The position numbers were made by a program, and so were the translations under genes. From Raillietiella orientalis (Eukaryota), in NCBI GenBank assembly GCA_036172245.1, contig JAYWIR010000046.1:992001-1056000 (forward strand): a stretch of 64,000 nt of DNA. The letters are read 5' to 3'. The notes beneath the pieces are model-generated. The model had not been told where the DNA came from and did not search any database. It worked only from the letters and a program-made list of their open reading frames with translations. Below are positions 46,370 to 59,300 of this stretch, piece by piece. Each line of letters opens with the position of its first letter. Position 1 is the first letter of the stretch.

Positions 46370-49300
46370 CTTTGGTGGTCGTGGCTGTCGGCAGTTGTGT
46401 GTTAGCATCGATCAAAGTGTTTGATAAGAAGAATAATGACCATTGGGACAATGGAAACTTTCCATTGGAAATGGAAAAGCAACTTTGATGGTCAGCATTG
46501 TAGTAGTTTCTGCAACAGGTGTTGTCTCTATCAAAGTTACCCAAAATCGAAGTCTAGAATAATCAAGGAGAACATGAAATACGAGATACCCTTGAAGTTA
46601 TCTCATCCAAGGTGAGGAGATCAAACTAGAATCTCCGGAAAAAATGGAACTGTAAAAAATGGAACTGGATTTTTTTGTAATCCCTCCGTTTTAAGAGGAA
46701 CTTTTCACTTGGTTCGATTCCACCGCACTGCAGTAATGCGTTGCGCAGAATTTAATTATGACATTCCCGAGTACGAATGTCGAAATATTGTCAGAGTATG
46801 AAATGTTTTAATCTTCTAAACAGATCTTCATGTTTCCCTGGTTACAGCTAATCGGTTGGTCAGAAAACTGATGCGAAGCTTCTAGAAGGAAAGCGAGGAT
46901 GAGATTCTCTGATAACCGGAGATACACATGAGAGAGCCAATAATGCCGATCAAAGTTTATATCTCAGCATCATTTTCCAAACGCAAAGAAGCGAATTTTC
47001 TTAGGTAACGAAAACTCTTGAAGAGCAAAACACTGTCTCAGTGGTGCAGATAAATCAAAATCACCTTTCTGAAGCCAATGTGAAATGCAGAACGCTTCTG
47101 AAACAATTGCAAGAATCGAAAGTGCTTTGAATGATGATGAGATCCTCTGACTAGAAATTGACTTTTCTCATTTAAAGTCCCACTAAGTAGATTTTTTGTA
47201 TCATACAAGGATTTGATGCATCTTCAGAGTTTTGTGAAGCTTGACCTATAAAAGATTTCCAGCAGCCAGATCCGAATGCTTGTTAATACCTTCAATTTAG
47301 CGAAGCAAGTGCCATCGTCTACCACAACTTTAACAAAAGGAAAAAATCACAGGACTAGGACAATAAGATTTATTCGGAGATCATAGTCCGAAAGCGAGCT
47401 TCTGCAAGGAAACAGTTCTTTCAAAAAGAAATGGAGCATTCCTAATGTACTTGTTGAGAGAGTAAATTCCGACAATACTCTAGGAGAACTTTTAAAAGCA
47501 GATATAGCTAGACTCTTCAATTATCATGATTTCTTTAACAACTGAAACAGTTTTTTTCACACACTGATTCTGCTTCGGAAATCTTGTGGTTTTCATTTCG
47601 AAATTTTACCTAAAAGGACTTTCAAACCCCTGACTTGTATAAATGCACGAACACAGTAACAAAAAAAAAGCAGATTTTTAATAAAAATAATGCATCATGG
47701 GCGTCTGTCAAAACACACACTCGCCCAATTCCATTATTCAGTGGAACACATCTTTTTCTTTTTGGTTACCTTAAACAAGGGTCCATTCGATATTTGAATA
47801 AGAAACAAAAAGATCCAAATGATTTTTTTTCCCCACAAATTCTTATTGTTAGTGTTTAAACACTCGTTTCCTCCGACTATGTAATACATATATCCATAGA
47901 ACACAACGCAAATATCACAACATGGATCCCGCAGCACAGACACATCATATTGGGGAGCCACCGAACAAACTTGAAAACAACTAAACGACTAGTAGAAGTT
48001 TCTCACAAACACCGCACTTCACTATTTACAATACAAACAATACCACTCGGGGGATACATGACGTTTCCAAGATCGGTGCTTCGACGACTCTCACCATTTA
48101 TGTGATCATTCGTTTTCATGTCGACATTGGGATCTACCTATCTAAATAGCAATACTGATCCCCCACTCAAGGACGAGTGGAGAACCACATAACTTCTGGT
48201 TCAGTGTCAGAGAAGCCACGAAACGACTCTCTATAACCTGAGAACGGGGTTCTGAAGCCATCATCCTCAACACTCGCTTCGTAAACTACGCCCACAAAAT
48301 CACAGAATCGTTGCACTCGGTATTCGCAGTGAAAAAGCTGCACAAAAGACAGAAATGCATAAAAGTTGCACCTTGTGAGCCAGGCCTGATGAGGGGAGGA
48401 TCGTGGGTAGAGTATCCCTTTATCCTCCCGCTGTCCCTTCATGCGACTTGGTTTTGAGAGTGGACGGAATGAAATGAGCTGGTCGATAAAAAAGAAATTT
48501 AGTATTTCCAGAATTTCCGTGGGCTAACTCAAACAAGGCGAACTCGTAATTCGAAGAATGGAGAGATTCGAACTTAAGATCGCGAGGAAAACAAACAAAC
48601 AAAAAGATGTAGTCTAAAATTCGCTCTCTAATGAATTGTCTTGAAGAATCCTCCTTCCTTGCAGTTAAAAATGAACACGGGAGACAAGGAAGCATTTTGA
48701 CATCTACTGTGTAAATAATACGCCATTGAAGATCCAGCGGCACAGGTTCAGCATAGAAACTGATGCAATCGAATCTCAAACAAGGAGTTGGTAAATCTTT
48801 GGAGTGCCTACAGACCTGCTACAACCCGAAATAACCACAACAGCGCTACTGTAGAAGTGATTAAAAAGCCACTGAAGGAACCCCGTGGTATTAGTAAAGG
48901 AAACTTTACTAAACTCGGCAAACTTTTGCAAAAGTGTGCCGAAGGGTTTCAAGAAAGTCGAAAGAATGAGCATACGGATAGTGCAGCACTTGAAAAAAAT
49001 TGGATACTAGAGGACTAAAAATTCAAAAATATACTATTCATCCACGAGATAGTAAACTCTAATGGTAAACTCTCCTTAAACATGTACAGTGGAAAGAGTA
49101 GACACAATGAAAGTTTGCAAGATCATGGACTCTTCAGTCAAAGAGCACGCAAAAAAAAAAAAATCTTTTAGCTTTTTACAAAATGATTCTTAAAGTGGAA
49201 AAAAGAAACAGAATTTTACATCAGATTAGAAGTGAGCTTAGTGTGCCAAATTTGCTTTCTCAATCAGCAATCTATAGAAGGTAAGCTTAAATTTGAGGCG

Positions 49301-51274
49301 AGAGGACTGTGGAAATTCGAAAGAACATCCATACAGAAAAGTACAACAGCGATAATGAAATCCACTTTGACCTTTATCCCTTTGGATGCGGACCTCATGG
49401 GATCGCAACGCTGTGTTGATGGCACGAGAGTTGCAATTGCAATCCCGCTTTTTCCCGTACCGCGTACTCTATCGAGGTTTCGATTGCTATACAAAGGGCT
49501 GATTAAAGTTACTATTAGAATTGTTTATTTACATCACATTAAATGAGATATTTTATACAAGCATATATTATTTATTCAAACACTATAATCATAATTCCAA
49601 TAAAATCAATAATTCATTCACATTTTTAAGATATCACAAAGATGAAAAACAATACAATAAATTGTATACGACACCGAGAAAAAACGAGAATAGTTAGCCG
49701 ATATAAATAGAATTTTGTTTACCGTCGTTGGGTAAGGGAATTATAAGAACGTAAGTGTATGTGGCCCTCTCAAACATGGAAAGTGTTAACTTATGTCGCC
49801 AATATAAGGTAAAAACATATGCCAAACGCATATATGCGTCCATAGCACTCAAAAGGTTAAACAAGGAACTAGTGCACAAGATCCTGCATTCCTAGGTACT
49901 TGTGACAAGATAACCGTACGCAGAGATCAGAAACGAACTTTAGTAGCCTTTCGTCTCATTCTAAGGATCATGGGAACTACGTGTACCACAGACATCCAAG
50001 TGAACCAAGTGACTGATACAGTGCAATATAGGTTACTCGTGTTAAAGCATCATTTCGAGTTTTCTTGGATTCCATGAGATTTGCATAGCATTGCTCGATT
50101 TATTGATTATAATTTAATTGACTGTTTTAACTATATTATACTACAGCATGTACTATCTTATTTTTTCGAAAGTAGCTACAAATTGATTAAGAGTTCTGAA
50201 TTACAAATCTAGGAATGCTAGATCATTCAGAGATTTGCAATGAAAATATATCTTTTTGTTTTTTTGCAAATTAATGCCAAAGGTTTTGAAATATAAAAGT
50301 GGGAGAGAATTATGGCTCTGCTAAGCCACAAAGTAGCTGCTCTGTAAGCTTCCTTGATATGACTGATTATAGTTGTCTTCTCAAAACCCTTTGTATTTCG
50401 TAAAATAAATGCAATAATTGTTTTCTATCACATTCGTGCTTAGACTGCAACAGCATATGTATTTTAACGTGACTGTTTACACCTGCCGGTTATTATCGTC
50501 TCCATATGTAGTGCATTTTCTGACGGAGCTGGAACACTGCTGGATGATGAAACTTGAAGTATTGTAAGACTGAAAGTTTACGTATCTTCTGTTGAGTGCA
50601 AATATTGTCAGTGAAGTGATTAACTGACTTAATAATTAATTAAAAGAATGTGTGATTTCAAAAACACTTATATTTCAAGATCTTGTCTGGAGATGGTTGT
50701 AGCAGCTTATGATAGACGTCAGGTGTACAAGTGATGTTTTGATGTTTATGTGTAAAAAAAAGTACAAGGTATATGTGTCTGTGAAATCCACGTAACCGGA
50801 TGCGTCAGATATATGCAATATATGAACGTTGTTGCCAGCAGATGGAATTGATCAGTTTTAGAACTCGTTCTAGCAATAAGGTTCCAGTGCTGATCAATTC
50901 AAAGGTTTGTGCGTTTTCAGCCATCATGGGTTTTTTCTTTACTAGCTGATACAAATAGTTTAAGTGTCGTTTGAATATCTGGAAATACGGTTGCCTACAT
51001 ATTTCTCTTGTAATTCAAAATCATATATTTAATTGATTTATCCCAATACGTTATGACTGTGAGAATTAAAGAATGAATGTTGAAATTCATTTGAATTTAG
51101 TATGATTTTCCGACTGTACTTCAGGTGTATTACATCTATTATAGCTGTGGACATTACAGTGAATCGAGTCATGATTCCTTTAGTAAACAGCATTTGAATT
51201 TATATACATAAACAATAGTTATAGATATTTATATAGGGCAGCGAAGTAATAAGATCCTTTGTTTAGGACACATA

Positions 51275-52487
51275 ATGGGTGCAAAAGTTTCCAGGGAGGA
51301 TTATGAATGGGTTTATGATGAAGAACCGCATGCTACAAGAAGGAAGTTAATGCTTGGTAGGTTCCATCAATTTAAGCTCCCCTCTATCAATTTATTTGCT
51401 GCTTTTGTGTCAAAGAAGGCTGACATTCAGTGCTTCATTCTGACTTTTTTCATATTTAAGAGAAATACCCTGAAATCAAACAGTTAATGGGACATGATGC
51501 TACATTCAAGTATATAGTCCTGGGGATGGTAATATTTCAGTTGATTTCATTGTACTTCGTGAATTCGATGTCATGGTTTTGGGTAATATTTTTTGCCTAT
51601 TGCATTGGAGGCACCATCAACCATTCTCTTATGCTTGGTAAGCATGACTTGATTGAATCCATGATTTCAAATTTTTCAGCCATTCATGAATTGAGCCACA
51701 ATTTAGGCTTCAAAACTTCTCATCCTTTTCTGAATAGAATCTTTGGCCTATTTGCCAATCTTCCAATTGGTGTTCCATTTTCTGCTACATTTCGCAGATA
51801 TCATCTGGACCATCATAGGGTAAGTATATTCTTGAAAACAAATTTGTACTTTCCTTCCTCCTTTTTCTTCTTGTCTTTAGTACTTAGGAGATAAAATATT
51901 GGATTTAGATATCCCATGTGAACTGGAAGCTCGGTTATTCTGTAGCACTGCAACCAAGTTTCTGTGGCTTTTCCTGCAACCATTCTTTTATGCTCTCAGA
52001 CCTGTATTTGTGAGACCTCTTAAGCCATCTTGGCTGGAAATCATGAACACATGTATCCAAATCAGTTTTGATTGTGCTGTGGTATACTTTTTGGGTAAGT
52101 GCTCTTTTAATTACAAGCAGTAACAGTGTTGCTAAAGGAATCAAAGCACTTGTCTACATGGTGTTTGGTTCTCTTTTGTCAATGGGACTACATCCTGTAG
52201 CTGGTCATTTCATATCAGAGCATTATATGTTTCATAAAGGCTTTGAGACTTATTCCTATTATGGACCTCTTAATTGGATTACTTTCAATGTGGGATATCA
52301 TAATGAACATCATGACTTCCCAAATATTCCTGGTTCACGATTGCCTCAAGTAAAAAAAATAGCACCTGAATTTTATGACTGTCTCCCTCAATGCAATTCA
52401 TGGATCAAGGTGCTGTATGATTTTGTGATGGATCCAACTATTGGTCCTTATGCCAGAGTTCGTAGAAACAAATCAAAGGAAATGTAG
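51275..52487 (+). CDS. DEGS1: Sphingolipid delta(4)-desaturase (DES1/DEGS1, Drosophila ifc-like): join(51275..51356,51461..51637,51680..51819,51881..52094,52138..52487), 963 nt = 320 aa + stop
   Basis: N-terminus [24 protein letters not shown]; three His boxes HELSH, HLDHH and HNEHH; also [22 protein letters not shown] and IGPYARVRR. All four introns are GT-AG with compatible phases. Confidence 0.96.
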
Positions 52488-52694
52488 GAATTATTAATTA
52501 GGAGGTAAGCATTTTTGCTGTGATGAATTTTTTCTTCTCATTGTTAATTTGTGAAACTTCATTTATGCCTGTTTTTTGAAGGAAGTAATAGCAAAAATAC
52601 AGGCAAGGGCAACTATGCAGAGATAAAAATTCAATAGGACTCTCCTCATCAGCAAATGGTTGTGTGAGCATATTCATATTCCTGCTTGCAAGTG

Positions 52695-52700
52695 AATAAA
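52695..52700 (+). promoter_or_regulatory. Candidate poly(A) signal of DEGS1
   Basis: AATAAA about 210 nt after the stop codon. Confidence 0.4.
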
Positions 52701-54439
52701 ATGGGGTCAGCAGCAGTATTATTAAGACGATCTGTCAAAAACTTAAAGAAAAGAATTTAAATAGAAACAGTGCTCAGTCACTTTAAAATCTTATTTCTTT
52801 TGTGTAAAAATGAAAGTAAAACAATTAGGAATAGTGCTCAACTAAATTGTTTCATTTAATAATTCAAATAGCAAGTACAAAGTATTACACAAAGTGGCCA
52901 TTTTATTTTCGTCTTCCGAATTTTTGTGAAGGTTTAGTTTGTAAGCCCGTAAATCGCCTGCACAGCTCGTTTTAAGTTCACGAAATTTGAATTTTTTGAT
53001 GTTTGCGCATTCAACTTCACATGGCTGCCAAGTTCAGAAAAAATAATTTGAAAAATCTGGGTCAAGGAATTGCTAGGTTTTTCGTAAACAGCAAAATCAC
53101 TCGTTCTAAAGATTAAGATGAATTCCTTTTCGAGTAATCAGTGCTTGGAATCGTGAGTGGCATTCGAATTTGCTTGAACAACATGTGTAGTCTTTACTGG
53201 AAGCATGCAGAGTTGAAAATTACTGACTCATGATAATCGTTGACATCGAACAGTGACGTTAGTGTAGTGCATTTTCTCGTTGCATGTGTAAATACCTCGT
53301 AGTATGCTTGCGTGTTTCTTTCCAAAGATTCAGCAAACTCAACATCAATTCAAGACACCTTTCCTAATCTTAGCACACCTGCATGCAATGCTTGCTATTC
53401 ATTCGCACGTTGGGTACATTTGTTTTAGACCAAGCTTCCTTCATTTTGGTCATCGTGAACGCTTTATGCACAAACTAAGACTTTTTTACTTACGCATTTC
53501 TTTTCCTATTTTCTAGTCAATTTTCGAAATATCCAGCTGCTTTTTTCTTATCTTTATTCATGTACCCCGTTCGTCAATTATCTTGATAGTTTCTTAAACG
53601 GTAACAGACATTACACAACACTCTTTAATCTTGTATGTGATCACTTGCAAAAAAAAAAATCTGTAATCGTATCGCAAGACAGTTTTGATGATTACGTAAA
53701 TATTGATTGTGTATTGGAATTTAAAAGATAGTGAAACTTTAGTGGAAACTCAGCGAAAACTAATGTGACTATTATCAAGTTTTTGAAGAGTTTTTTAACA
53801 CTGCCATGAAATGTGTTTAGAATTTCACAGTGTTTCTTTTTGATAAAAGCAGTTACAGGACACCATTTCCTGGGAGACTCCGTGTTTGATGCAAACTTTT
53901 CAATAGCAGTGAGCACACTTTTGGAATTATTTTACTTTTTAGTTTTTTCAGTAACCTTGGCTGCGTAAATCAGTTTAATTTTTTGTGTACCATATTACGT
54001 AAAAAGTATTTTTTTTTTTTTGTTATCAAAATCCGTGCTACTGCACCTACAAGGAAATATACGGAATTTTAAGGAGAATTTTGTTTACTTCCATGACGCA
54101 ACAAACTGATAATGATTATTCTTGAACTCAACGAGTTGAAGACGATGTATTCGGAAACTATGCCCTGTTTAAGCATGTTAGATGCATTTTTTCCCCTCAT
54201 TCCATCATTAATCTAATGCAAATTTTATTTCAAGCTTAGGAAATGTAGAATCTCACCAATTATATGGATGGCTTTGCACCATGCTACAGTCTTTCCTAAA
54301 TTCAGTTATAATGACATATTTATTAATTTGGATGGCGATTATTGGGGCAAGTCGTTCCCGTGGTCGATGTTATTTCTCGTTCGGAGTCCTAATGTTGCAT
54401 AGCGGAGCGCATCCTTGTTTTTTCCAAATATGCAGAAGT

Positions 54440-55430
54440 ATGGAGTGTCGGAATGGGGACCAAGTCTGTGTCCAATAAATGCCACGGCTACACCGAATAC
54501 ATGAGGCAATCATTAAGTGCCTCATATTCTCCAAATATTTCTGCGAAACAGCACGAACTCGGAGTGCCGTATCGTTCCGGGGATCCCATGCTCTTAACGA
54601 TCCAAGGAGGAACCCATGAACTTTGACCTGCATAACCAACCTGGAAGGGTGGTTGACAACATCAGCATATGTTGACCCTCCTTTTTCTCCCGAGATGTGT
54701 TGAATGCCTTTTCATTTTCAAATGGACGTGCACCTGAATCTCGACATCCAAAATCACAGCTCTTTTGCCTTCCTGCGACACCAGTTCAGAACTTTGACAC
54801 CACCCATCTTGCAGCATGTACTGAATCCATCTTCAGTCTTTCCATAACCGCTTCCTGGTTGTATACAAGCCTCATAAAGCGGTTCGGTATATGAGGCACG
54901 GTCTCCTCGACTCATGACACAATAGCAGGATCGGTCTGCTTCCCTTCTTGCTTCACCTCTAACGGGGTAAGAGACTCATCCTTGCTGAATGTGCAGACCT
55001 GTAGTCTGCAAAACGAAGGTGACCTGACGCGACGTCTTGGCGACCAATGCAGCCCAGTACAGCGCATGGCCTTCCCCTGATCTGGATGCTCATCAACAAG
55101 GTTTGCGCAATCGCGTTGAGTAGCACGCACCGCGGACGCAAACCCGCGTCTTGCAGTGGTTTCAAGGGTGGTTTCTCCGAGTTTAATCCTGAGTTCACCT
55201 TCGGTGACTTCCCATGCCTCACCAGTACGAGGCCGAAGTCTGCCTCCTCCTTCGTCCAAACTCTCTTCACATCTCCGCTCGCTCTTGCAAATTTTTCCAG
55301 CATCTTTTACCGGATATGCAGTTTCCCAGATTTTCTTTCATCCGAGAGAGGCTGGAGGATCTTTTCTGGACCAACTCTCTTGGTATTTCTCGGAAAGTCG
55401 TCGTCAGGGACGTCCGACGATTAATCACAC
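54440..55430 (-). mobile_element. Decayed, 5'-truncated NeSL/Utopia-like non-LTR retrotransposon (C-terminal region with zinc-knuckle remnant and RLE endonuclease)
   Basis: Ordered motifs across frameshifts: CISGK..GDVKRVW, HPDQGKAM, LRFADYRSAHSARMSLLP, EETVPHI, KRAVILDV, PFENEKAFNTSREKK, YADVV, VHGFLLGSLRAWDPRND, KYLENMRHLMIASCIRCSRGIY. These match the remembered NeSL/Utopia C-terminal pattern (KPDQGK, RFADWRFIHRARLN, ETLPHV, DVT..FE, GALGAWDP.N, RLMVSDTIRWSRDIY). Confidence 0.8.
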
Positions 55431-58349
55431 GACGCAAGTCTAGGATTTATCACCAAATGGGTATCTGAACACGTTACACACAAGCCTTCGAGGTCAGGAC
55501 AGCGGCGGCAGAGAGGACTCGCTGGCCTGGGCTGCAGTCATGAAAGAGCGGCTACATGATGATGGCCACTCTGGGTTTCTGAGTCATTCATAGCTCTCGA
55601 GAGAGCGGGGTCGCAATGGGATATGTCCCATCGCGCTTTATCTTCGCGAGAGCACCTTGCTGGAGCTCGCTCCAGGGGGAAGGCATGTCCAAGCCCCCTT
55701 TTCCCATCTGAGGGGATTGCCTCCTCCAAATGAAGCATCGAACGTTTCAGGGTTTCTTCAGTAGATAAGGACCAGTACCCCGCTCCTGACTGGCTGCAAC
55801 AGCTGTCCTCATTCCGGCCGCATTTCCGTGAGTTCTCCGATCCCTGCTCGACGACTGTGCTGGTCACATTGCGCGCATCGACAGGAATTGCAACTGGCTC
55901 TGACCCACTAGGACAAAAACAAAAGGGAGGAAGAAAAAAAACTCCAGGAAAAGGAAAAGAAGCTGCTCCTGAGACAGTGAGATGATGTGAGGGGGAGTTC
56001 CGATCTGCTCCGAGACCTCACTCTTCCAGCGCCAATGCTGTCTACTTCCCTTCAAGAGTAGACTCAACCGAGATTCATCACAGGAGCGATGGAGACTTGG
56101 GTGGCATTAGGGTGTCCTTCCGATCTGCTTCGTCGCTTTTCCCTTGAGTAAAAGATGTGAATCTGGACTGGAGGCTGCATGTGGGAAGAGAGACCAAGCG
56201 CTCCAGATACACAGAGAGGGTCCATCCGAGGGGAGAGGGAGGTCCTCGTTCCACCCGGCGGTTGTCGTCTGGGATATCCCACAGGAACTTCCTGCTACGA
56301 GGTCCCTAAGGTTTCGTGATGGGAGCCAGAGGAAACCGGCGGCGGGAGGAGTCACTCATTGCGTGTCCAGCTGCAAAGGCGAAGGTCTGCGTTCAGCATA
56401 CCCCAGCAGGACGAGCGTGGCCGCCGCTTCCCAGTGACCAGCCGAAGCTCCCTCTACCGAGGAAAGAGAGATGCTGTGCTCCCTCTGTAGAAGAAGCTTC
56501 TTCGTCAGGAAGTATCCGAAGCTGAGCTGTCACGCCATAGAGAACCAGGAATCGGACTGATCCCTGCTAATCAGAAAAAAGATCGGGTGCGATCCCCACA
56601 AGACGCGTTGGCGATCCTCCGATTTCTCTGCGCAAGCAAAGAGCATCCCCCCCTTTGGAAGTAGATGGGCGCGGGCGGCATTTCTCGGACGGTCGATGCC
56701 ATCGCGCCGGTTCCGTGGAGCATGTTCCACGTCGAGTGACAGGAAAAAAAAAGAAAATGTCCGTACGTTCCAGGAGGATCGCTTTGCTCCACTCGGAGCG
56801 TCTTGTGCCTGTCCAGGGAGATGGGTGAGATCCCCCAAAGGTCTCTTCCGAGCGCGGGATGGAATTCCATATCGATCTGCACCGGGATGGCCGCCCCCGC
56901 ACTCCGCGAACGAATTTTATTCCCCGACTTCCAGCCGCTCCAGGTTTCGACCGCCTTCTTTTCACGTCTTGGATGCTTCTCCTCTTTCCCGCCATCGGAC
57001 CAGCGTCTAGGGCGACGTCTGTTGCCTTCTGAGAGCGCGAGGAGGGATCTTCAGTAGTGCACTGTACCCATCTTCAGTCTTTCCTTGGATGCCGACCGAT
57101 TACAAGCCCGCTGGCCTTCGGCCTGAGCGCAGGAGGAGTTGGCGAACTTTCCAGCGGCACAGACATCGGTTGCGAGGGTAGTGCAGGGAAGCACCTATGG
57201 GGAGGGCCGTGCGCTCCGCCCGTTTACTCCGCAGGAGTGAGGAAAATGCCCGGCGCTTGGTCAGCGGAGACTGCATGGCAACGGTGGGGCTCGTAGCGCC
57301 TGCCATGCAGACGTGGCGCTGTCAGAGCGAAGGGCAGACCGCTTCAGTCTGCGTCTCCCAGGCGGAAAGGAAGCCCCGAAGCGCATGCTGGGAGGGCACG
57401 CCCCTTATCGGGGGAGAGGGGGGCGCTGTCGGCTACCGCTCCGCGCCGGATCTTACACAAAAGAGAGACCCTGTCCGAGCGGCTGTGAAGGTGAAGCCCA
57501 TCCGCTTCTTGCGGGAGTTGGTTTCCCCTCTCTCCTCTCGAGGGCACTATCTCCAGAAACAGCCTCGTGCTGTTTCCTTCTCGTCGCGCTCCCTTTCTAC
57601 TCTGGGGGATGAGGAGACCGGAAAAGAAGGTGCTCGCCGGAGACTGTCGCACACCCTCGAGACTCCAAACGACAGATGGAGATTTCGAATGGCTGGCGGA
57701 GTTCCAACCACTACAGTCGCCGAATGATCGCTAGTCCGCGTTTGCAGAAGACTCTTGATGGTTGCCACGCATCGCTGATGTGCTGGAAGATGCCGCTCCC
57801 AAAGCCGCGCAGAGGGACGGCAAAGGACCAACCTCCCCGTTTCTTGGTGTCCCGTCCGCTTAGAGTGTGCCGTCGCCGTTCAGACCCCCCCTCTCCTCTT
57901 CCTTCCTCGCACAACGGGCTGTTATCGCCCAGCCCGCGTTTCCGATAACGACCAAATGCGGCTGGCGTCTCGAACGCGTGCCTCCGATAAGATCGAAGTC
58001 CAATGGAAGCCGCTCCGCCCGACGGACAACAGGGAAAGGATCGGGAGCAGCCCCCCGTGCGAACGCACGACGCGTGAGCCGTACCGGAAAGCGCGGAGAC
58101 ACAGCGCAAGAGCACTCCGTGCGTTTTCCGGCGGAGTAGCCAAGGAAACACCCGTTACCGCCAGCATTACGTCCTGAGCGCCCATCTCTGATCATCTGAT
58201 TCAGATCTGACGTCGGAAAGCTCCTCTGACCTTTTGCTTCAGGTGTTCAAACACAGGTCGTTTCGCAGTGCAGTTTTCAGATGAGATACACACACCCCGT
58301 GACCATGCTATCGAAATCCTTATCGCATTACTGGCCGAGCGCCGCGAAA

Positions 58350-59300
58350 GTTACTAGAAAATGAGTCCCTCCGACCGGTTTTAGTCCTTCCTCGGGGGTG
58401 TACACCAAAATCGCATCTTTTTTGAAAGCGCGGGCATCATCATGGCAGACTGATAGCAATCCCGTGCAGGCATCAAGCGGGCAGATGAAAGGGCTCTGCC
58501 TGGAGCCTGTGACTAGGGACCGACCGAAGGGTGACACGGTGCGACGGACGCTGGCGAAGACTTCGACTTCCAATGGAGCATGAGGAAGCATCCGGAAGCA
58601 GAAGGGAAGGTTCCTGTGACAACGAGGTGCACACTGGAATAACAGTGGGCATATCTTTGCGTCCTGCACCAGAGGATCTCCGCGGCATTCAAGTTTGCAA
58701 TCGCAATGCACATCGGAGATGGCACTTTGGTTTTCACGCGGCTCGCAAGAATGAGTCAGCAGCGCCGTGCAACCGGGGTCTTGCAGACCACCCTTCTGTG
58801 TCGTACCCTTCGGAGTAATGCTTCCTGAACCCTGAATCTCAGCTCCATGATCGATCTGCAGACGTCACACCGCCGCCATGCGCGGCACGCAGCGATAGGT
58901 TTGTCGATCTGGTAGAGAACCACCCAACTGGTAAGGTGACCTTTGCTCTTTTGCAGCCTCCGCGATAGCGGGTCTGACACCCCACAGGGGTGATCCCGGA
59001 ATCCTGCTGCATACGTGAAGCGCCACAGAATCAACACAAAAGCTCAGCTCGTAGAGATGGCGAGTGATCTTCCTCGATGACGCTCATTGCCTCGCCCTGT
59101 TCTGCTGAAGAAGCGAAATGCCATTGTTGAGGTCCTCCGGTTTCCTTCTCTGAAATTTCTTCGCAGCGAGTCATCTGGTGGTCGAGACAATTGGGATCGC
59201 CTACTCTCTCTCCCGCTTTCGCAAGTCTTTCGTCCTTTTCCCAGTCCGGCTCTAAGAAGGGTTACCGAGCACTTGCTCAAGTTTCTAGCTCTAAAAGAGA
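58350..59300 (+). mobile_element. Decayed non-LTR retrotransposon RT fragment
   Basis: SLRPVLVL, then YTKIASFLKARASSW..SSGQMKGL (YK...LAxRLxxW..QKGF), HEEASGS (DxxxAFGS) and CNRGLADHPSVS (RGVxQGxxLS), in order. Confidence 0.4.

Noticed and set aside
54103..54112. AAACTGATAA, the reverse complement of a U2 snRNA stretch, beyond the 3' end of the Utopia-like relic
   Set aside because: Only 10 nt in AT-rich DNA and the neighbouring bases do not match U2; consistent with chance.
54434..54445. AGAAGTATGGAG, resembling the 3' half of miR-1
   Set aside because: The seed half is absent, there is no hairpin, and it lies at the end of a retroelement relic.
54281..54478. Hydrophobic + strand ORF (MLQSFLNSVIMTYLLIWMAIIG...)
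   Set aside because: Short, with no recognisable family or partner exons, and it overlaps the element's 3' end.
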